Virus record (IMG/VR): IMGVR_UViG_3300035523_000146
Origin: a virus
Strand: one strand, 5' to 3'
DNA: 64,000 nt
Part shown: positions 59,101 through 64,000 of the stretch, piece after piece
Numbering within the stretch: the first letter of the stretch is position 1
How the letters are laid out: every line of letters starts with the position of its first letter
Position numbers and translations under genes: made by a program
The notes under the pieces: generated by a model
Told to the model about the DNA's origin: nothing
The model's database searches: none
What the model saw: only the letters and a program-made list of their open reading frames with translations

Positions 59101-62100
59101 CGCTCAAGACGGCCGGCAGTCAGTCGATCACCGCGACGGACAAAGCGACCGGAACGATCACGGGCACGCAGTCCAACATCACGGTCAATCCTGCGGCCGC
59201 GAGCGCGCTGGTAGTCTCCGGGTTTCCCTCGACGCCGACCGCCGGGATTGCTGGCGATGCCACAGTGAGAGCCAAGGATGCCTACGGGAACACCGCAACC
59301 GGATACACGGGAGCCGTCCATTTCACCAGTTCTGACCCGCAAGCTCTGCGGCCAACGGACTACACGTTCGTTTCCGGTGACAACGGGGTTCACTCTTTCA
59401 GCATTACGCTCAAAACCGCGGGCAGTCAGTCCATCACGGCGACAGACACAGCGACCGGAACGATCACGGGCACGCAGTCTAACATCATCGTGAACCCCGC
59501 AGGCGCCAGCACGCTGCTAGTGACCAACTTCCCGTCGACGAAGACCGCTGGGACTGCTGGCAGTGTCTCAGTGACACCCCAGGATGCCTATGGAAATACG
59601 GCAACCGGATACAGGGGAGCTGTCCATTTCACCAGTTCTGACCCGCAAGCGCTGCGACCTGCGGACTACACGTTCGTTTCCGGTGACAACGGGGTTCACT
59701 TTTTCAGCATTACGCTCAAGACCGCCGGCAGTCAGTCCATCACCGCGACGGACAAAGCGACCGGAACGATCACGGGCACGCAGTCGAACATCACCGTGAA
59801 TCCGGCGGGCGCCAGCACGCTGCTAGTCTCCGGGTTCCCGTCGACGCCGACCGCCGGGATTGCCGGCGATGCCACGATAAGAGCCAGGGATGCCTACGGG
59901 AATACAGCAACCGGATACAGGGGAGCCGTCCATTTCACCGGTTCTGACCCGCAAGATCTGCTGCCCACGGACTACACGTTCGTTTCCGGTGACAACGGGG
60001 TTCACTCTTTCAGTATTACGCTCAAGACCGCGGGCAGTCAGTCCATCACCGCGACGGACAAAGCGACCGGAACGATCAAGGGCACGCAGTCCAACATTAT
60101 GGTGACTCCTGCAGCCGCCAGCGCGCTGGTAGTCTCCGGGTTTCCCTCGACAACGACCGCCGGGACTGCTGGCGATTTCTCAGTGACAGCCAAGGATGCC
60201 TACGGAAATACAGCAACCGGATACCGGGGAACCGTCCGTTTCACCAGTTCTGATCCGCAAGCTGTGCTGCCCGCCGACTACACGTTCGTATCCGGTGACA
60301 ACGGGGCTCGTTCTTTCAGCATTACGCTCAAAACCGCGGGCAGTCAGACGATCACCGCGACCGATACTGTTACGAGCACGATCACGGGCACGCAGTCCAA
60401 CATCACGGTGACTCCCGCCGCCGCCAGCGCGCTGGTAGTCTCCGGGTTCCCATCGACGACGACCGCCGGGGCATCTGGAAATGTCACCGTGAGTGCCAAG
60501 GATCCCTATGGAAATACGGCAACGGAATACAGCGGAACCATTTGTTTCACCAGCTCTGATCCGCAGGCTGTGCTGCCCGCCGATTACATGTTCGTTTCCG
60601 GTGACAAGGGTGTTCACGCCTTCAGCGTTACGCTCAAAACCACAGGCACTCAGTCCATCACCGGAACAGACACAATCACCGGCGCGCTTACAAGCACACA
60701 ACCTGGCATTACGGTATCTCCCGCAAGCGGCAAGTTGGTTGTTTCGGATTTCCCCTCGCCAACGACTGCCGGGGATTTGGGCAGCGTCACTGTGACGGCC
60801 AAGGATCTTTTTGATAACGTGGTTACTGGGTACACAGGAACCATTCATTTCACCAGCACGGACGAACAGGCGGAGTTGCCGGCGGACTTTACGTTCGCGT
60901 CCAGTGACAACGGCGTTCACAGCTTCAGCGTCACGCTCAAGACCGCTGGCAGTCAGTCCATCACCGCGACGGACATAGTGCCTGGAACGATCCCAGGCAC
61001 GCAGTCTGACATCGATGTGAGCCCCGCGCCTGCCAGCACCCTGTTCGTGTCCGGCTTCCCCTCGCCAACGACCGCCGGGAACGCCGGCGTCGTTACGGTG
61101 ACGGCCAAGGATCTCTATGCGAACACAGTGACGGGTTACACAGGAACCATTCACTTTGCCAGCATTGATGAATTGGCGGACCTGCCAGCGGACTATACAT
61201 TCGTGCCCGCTGACAACAGCGTTCAAACCTTCAGCATTACACTCAAGACCGCAGGCAGCCAGTCCATCGCCGCGACGGACACAGAGACAGGAACGATCGC
61301 CGGCACGCAGTCCAGTATTGTCGTGAACCCAGCTGCCGCCAGCACGCTGGTGCTATCCGGCTTTCCATCACCAACGATCGCCGGGGACCCAGGCGATTTC
61401 ACTGTGATGGCGCAGGACATTTATGGAAACACTGCCACCGGATACACAGGAAGCATCCAGTTCACCAGCACGGATGGCCAGGCGGATTTACCTGGCGAGT
61501 ACACATTCCTGCCTGGTAACAATGGCTTTCAGACCTTCAGTTTTGCGCCCAAGACCGCGGGCAATCAGTCCCTGACCGCGACCGACACCGTAACAGGAAC
61601 TATCACCGGCACGCAATCCAGCATCATCGTGAACCCGTTGGGCGCCAGCACGCTGCTCGTGTCCGGTTTCCCCCAGGGTCCGACGGCCGGCACTGCTGGC
61701 GATATCACGGTCACAGCGAAGGATCTTTATGGAAATACAGTCACCGGCTACACGGGAACCGTCAGCATCACCAGCACGGATGGGCAGGCGGTGCTTCCCT
61801 CAGACTATAACTTCCTTTCCGGTGATGCCGGCGTTCACAACTTCAGCGTCACACTCAAGACCGCAGGCGACCAGTCCATCATCGCGACGGATAGCCTGGC
61901 TGAAACCATTTCGGGCGCCCAGGCGAGCATTACGGTGAACTCGGCCGCCGCCAGCACGCTCGTAGTCGCCGGCTTCCCCTCGACAACGACCGCCGGGAAT
62001 GCCGGAACAATCAGTGTGACGGCTAAAGATCCTTATGATAACACTGCTACGGGATACACCGGGGTTATTCAGTTCAACTGCACGGACGTGCGAGCTGCAC

Positions 62101-64000
62101 TTCCGCTACTGTATCAGTTCCAGCCCGAAGACAACGGCACGCAAACATTTAGCGCAGCACTTTCAACTGCAGGCACGCAATCAATAACTGCCAAAGACAC
62201 TGTGACGAGCACCATCATCGGCACGCAATCCAACATTGCGGTCCAGGCGGGATCGGCGCATCATCTAGCCATGGAGACCCAGCCTTTCCCCTATAGCCAG
62301 GTCGGCGAGGTATTTACAGAGCAACCATCCGTCCGCATCGAAGACGCCTGGGACAACCTAGTCGCATCCGACAGCAGCACGGTTGTCACCGCCGCGATTG
62401 GCAGCGGCCCTGGCAATTTACAGGGAACACTGACGGCGCCGGCATCTGGGGGCGTGGCCACGTTTGCAGATTTGGCGTGTGACACCGCTGGCATTGTAAC
62501 AGTGCGATTCGCGGGCGATTCGCTGCTCGGAGCGACATCTGGCAGCATCGTGGTTGACTCACTTAGCCAAACGATCACCTTCGCCGCGCTGACTAACAAG
62601 GTATTCGGCGACGCGCCGTTCACCGTGAGCGCCACAGGCGGCGCGTCCGGCAATCCAGTCACGTTCGTTATCGCCAGCGGTCCAGCCACGATCAACGGCA
62701 GTGAAATCACCCTCACCGGCGCGGGCTTGGTGACGGTCCGTGCCTCGCAAGCCGGGAACGCAAACTACAGCGCGGCGGCGGATGTTGATCAGTCGTTCAA
62801 CGTCGCCCAGGCCGCGCAGGCGATCACCTTTGGCGCGCTTTCCGGCAAGACCTATGGCGACGCGCCGTTCACGGTGAGCGCCACGGGCGGCGCGTCCGGC
62901 AATCCAGTCACGTTCGTTATCGCCAGTGGTCCAGCCACGATCAATGGTAATGAGATCACGCTTACTGGCGCGGGATTGGTGACGGTGCGTGCTTCGCAAG
63001 CTGGAAACGCGAATTACAGCACGGCGGCGGACGTTGATCAGTCGTTCACCGTGGCTAAGGCGAACGCTACAGTGACGCTCAGCGGCTTGAGCCAGACCTA
63101 CGACGGAACGGCCAAAAGCACGACGGCTACGACAAGCCCGACGGGACTGCCAGTTAGCATCACCTACGACGGTTCGACCACGCCGCCGAGTGCAGCCGGA
63201 AGCTATGCCGTGGTCGCGACAAGCACCGATGTTAACCGCAGCGGTTCGGTCTCTGGCACGCTGGTTATCGCCAAAGCGGACGCGACCGTGGCGTTAGCCG
63301 GTCTCAACCAGACCTACGACGGCAACCCGAAGGCCACTACCGCGACTACAAATCCACCAGGACTGGCCGTGGTTCTCAAGTACAACGACTCACCCGCGGC
63401 GCCCAAAGATGTCGGAAGCTATGCGGTGACGGCGGCTATCTCGGATGCAAACTACCAGGGGAGCGCGGGCGGCGTGCTCACCATAGCGGCTCCAAACGTG
63501 GCACCGGCCATTGACTCTCCGCCGACCATCAGCCCGGGTCACCCCAAGGCTGGCGAAAGCGTGGCGTTCTCAGCCAGCGCCAGCGACAGCAACAACGACG
63601 CTCTGACGTACACATGGAATTTCGGAGACAACACTACTGGCACGGGCGCGGGTGTAAGCCACGTCTATGCCGCTGCCGGAACCTACACCGTTACTCTTAC
63701 CGTCAGCGACGGCACGAAGACCACGACCAGCAGTTTGAGTTTGACTGTGGCCCCAGCACAGACCGGCGGAGGGGACGGGGGCGGGCCCGTCCTGCCGCCC
63801 AGTCAAGATATGGACGGCGATGGATTCTCGGATCAAATCGAGACCACACTCGGCTCGAATCCCAGCAACGCGTCTGATACTCCCGGCGGCGCGGCCAAAC
63901 CGACTGCGGCAGGCAAGTTGTCCGTCTCCAAGTTGAGCATCAAGCTGAACTTCGCCAAGCCGCAGGGAAACGACAGCATCGGCCTATCGGGCCTGCTTCT
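56184..64000 (+). CDS. Giant secreted Kelch-repeat / Ig-like-repeat / MBG / PKD surface protein, 3'-truncated by window edge (over 2600 aa)
   Basis: Signal peptide [20 protein letters not shown]; frame checked open where translated, and no stop-terminated ORF appears in the track for this frame. Confidence 0.92.
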   Translation, partial: MKRASRVALALVLLASSAQAANWSDTGSMGTARYSHTSTLLQNGRILVAGGWDGSTTFASAELYDPATGTWTATGSLAAARRLHTATLLPSGKVLVVGGRGAGYLSSAEVYDPAAGNWTTLNPMTIGRAYHTATLLSNGKVLVTGGYNSSGGFLSSADVYDPATGLWSAAGAMGAGRYLHTATLLQNGKVLVAGGYNASVSLSSAELYDPATGNWTATGSLGTARRYHTATLLPNGKVLVAGWFLSAEVYDPALGSWSDTGAMATARYSHTATLLPSGKVLVAGGIGSGYLSSAEVYDSATNAWSNAGPLTAARALHTATVLPSGKILVAAGYDGSTALSSAEVYYCPGTASWATTGYMIAARQYHKATLLPSGKVLVAGGSNSGVLSSANVYDPALGNWAATGALATARYDHTATLLPSGKVLVAGGGGNGGSLSSAEVYDPATGLWTSTGALATARKYHTATLLPSGKVLVAGGYYYDGTDHYLSSAEVYDPATGAWTSTGSLATAAARYYHTATLLPSGKVLVAGGYGNFGYLSSAQVYDPATGNWTATGALSTARYYHTATLLPSGKVLVTGGDNGSILSSAEVYDPATGAWAATGSLATGRYSHTATLLPSGKVLVAGGAGYGVIFSSAEVYNPATGAWAATGSLATGRYYHTATLLPSGKVLVAGGNSDGFSGFLSSAEVYGEDLGYLAPWQPSINGATSPLVLGTALSIQGAQFRGLSEASGGSGNNSATNYPVVELRSMINEHTAFLLPDPETPWTDSSFTSLPVTGFPKGLALVTLYVNGIPSAAKPVLIAKPVVSLQAAGFTSPTTAGVAHQITVTAKDEDSQTAIGYTGSIKFTSSDTQAVLPTDYTFASGDKGVHSFSITLKTAGGRSITATDKATGTITGTQSNILVSPEAASVLEVWYPLTTTAGVARNFSLTAKDAYGNTATDYTGTIHFTSSDPQAVLPADYTFSSSVKGSQSFVATLKTAGSQSITATDKATGTITGTQSNITVNPAAASALVVSGFPSTPTAGIAGDATVRAKDAYGNTATGYTGAVHFTSSDPQALRPTDYTFVSGDNGVHSFSITLKTAGSQSITATDTATGTITGTQSNIIVNPAGASTLLVTNFPSTKTAGTAGSVSVTPQDAYGNTATGYRGAVHFTSSDPQALRPADYTFVSGDNGVHFFSITLKTAGSQSITATDKATGTITGTQSNITVNPAGASTLLVSGFPSTPTAGIAGDATIRARDAYGNTATGYRGAVHFTGSDPQDLLPTDYTFVSGDNGVHSFSITLKTAGSQSITATDKATGTIKGTQSNIMVTPAAASALVVSGFPSTTTAGTAGDFSVTAKDAYGNTATGYRGTVRFTSSDPQAVLPADYTFVSGDNGARSFSITLKTAGSQTITATDTVTSTITGTQSNITVTPAAASALVVSGFPSTTTAGASGNVTVSAKDPYGNTATEYSGTICFTSSDPQAVLPADYMFVSGDKGVHAFSVTLKTTGTQSITGTDTITGALTSTQPGITVSPASGKLVVSDFPSPTTAGDLGSVTVTAKDLFDNVVTGYTGTIHFTSTDEQAELPADFTFASSDNGVHSFSVTLKTAGSQSITATDIVPGTIPGTQSDIDVSPAPASTLFVSGFPSPTTAGNAGVVTVTAKDLYANTVTGYTGTIHFASIDELADLPADYTFVPADNSVQTFSITLKTAGSQSIAATDTETGTIAGTQSSIVVNPAAASTLVLSGFPSPTIAGDPGDFTVMAQDIYGNTATGYTGSIQFTSTDGQADLPGEYTFLPGNNGFQTFSFAPKTAGNQSLTATDTVTGTITGTQSSIIVNPLGASTLLVSGFPQGPTAGTAGDITVTAKDLYGNTVTGYTGTVSITSTDGQAVLPSDYNFLSGDAGVHNFSVTLKTAGDQSIIATDSLAETISGAQASITVNSAAASTLVVAGFPSTTTAGNAGTISVTAKDPYDNTATGYTGVIQFNCTDVRAALPLLYQFQPEDNGTQTFSAALSTAGTQSITAKDTVTSTIIGTQSNIAVQAGSAHHLAMETQPFPYSQVGEVFTEQPSVRIEDAWDNLVASDSSTVVTAAIGSGPGNLQGTLTAPASGGVATFADLACDTAGIVTVRFAGDSLLGATSGSIVVDSLSQTITFAALTNKVFGDAPFTVSATGGASGNPVTFVIASGPATINGSEITLTGAGLVTVRASQAGNANYSAAADVDQSFNVAQAAQAITFGALSGKTYGDAPFTVSATGGASGNPVTFVIASGPATINGNEITLTGAGLVTVRASQAGNANYSTAADVDQSFTVAKANATVTLSGLSQTYDGTAKSTTATTSPTGLPVSITYDGSTTPPSAAGSYAVVATSTDVNRSGSVSGTLVIAKADATVALAGLNQTYDGNPKATTATTNPPGLAVVLKYNDSPAAPKDVGSYAVTAAISDANYQGSAGGVLTIAAPNVAPAIDSPPTISPGHPKAGESVAFSASASDSNNDALTYTWNFGDNTTGTGAGVSHVYAAAGTYTVTLTVSDGTKTTTSSLSLTVAPAQTGGGDGGGPVLPPSQDMDGDGFSDQIETTLGSNPSNASDTPGGAAKPTAAGKLSVSKLSIKLNFAKPQGNDSIGLSGLL
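56250..58250 (+). repeat. 14 coding Kelch repeats
   Basis: 14 copies of HTATLL..G.VLV.GG...S.E.YDP counted manually. Confidence 0.9.
58600..62250 (+). repeat. 12 coding Ig-like repeats with about 306-bp period
   Basis: 12 copies of KD.YGN....Y.G...FTS.D counted from about 58667 to 62023. Confidence 0.88.

Noticed and set aside
56250-62250. Regular repeats as a CRISPR array
   Set aside because: Periods of about 145 and 306 bp keep the reading frame and encode Kelch and Ig-like domains; no repeat-spacer structure and no cas genes.

Overview
A GC-rich bacterial accessory region, probably PVC/Planctomycetota-like (inferred from protein types, not proven), built from stacked mobile and defence modules. 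(1) 1-2.4 kb: 5'-truncated tyrosine integrase carrying arm-type repeats inside its own 3' end, plus a hypothetical gene. (2) 3.5-15.3 kb: an 8-gene minus-strand cluster with two membrane-anchored C39-type peptidase domains, two MauE/DoxX proteins (one fused to thioredoxin, one to TPRs), a rhodanese, a HEAT protein, a triple-PA14 protein and a Cys-rich secreted protein with a double-glycine motif. (3) 15.9-16.8 kb: an internally deleted type IIG RM remnant. (4) 16.9-21.9 kb: the best novelty candidate, a nucleotide-modification locus with two thymidylate-synthase-fold proteins, a dNMP kinase fused to a 5-hmdU-DNA-kinase-type helical domain, an XRE/IrrE switch and a stand-alone acyl carrier protein. 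(5) Kiwa-like pair, then three stacked RNA-gene 3' fragments (ssrA-like, tRNA-Leu, tRNA-Pro; att scars) around a second integrase. (6) 26.9-46.3 kb: defence island with an SNF2 helicase/DUF1156 methylase/DUF499 ATPase restriction-like operon, nested Septu-like and PD-(D/E)XK cassettes, and an Avs-like STAND nuclease. (7) 46.7-55.9 kb: phage/ICE-like early-gene backbone (small ORFs, clamp-loader-like AAA+, Ycf46-like AAA module, ligase adenylation domain). (8) 56.2 kb to the end: a giant secreted Kelch/Ig-repeat protein that runs off the window. No CRISPR array, rRNA or intact tRNA was seen. All family calls are by motif recognition; no searches were run.
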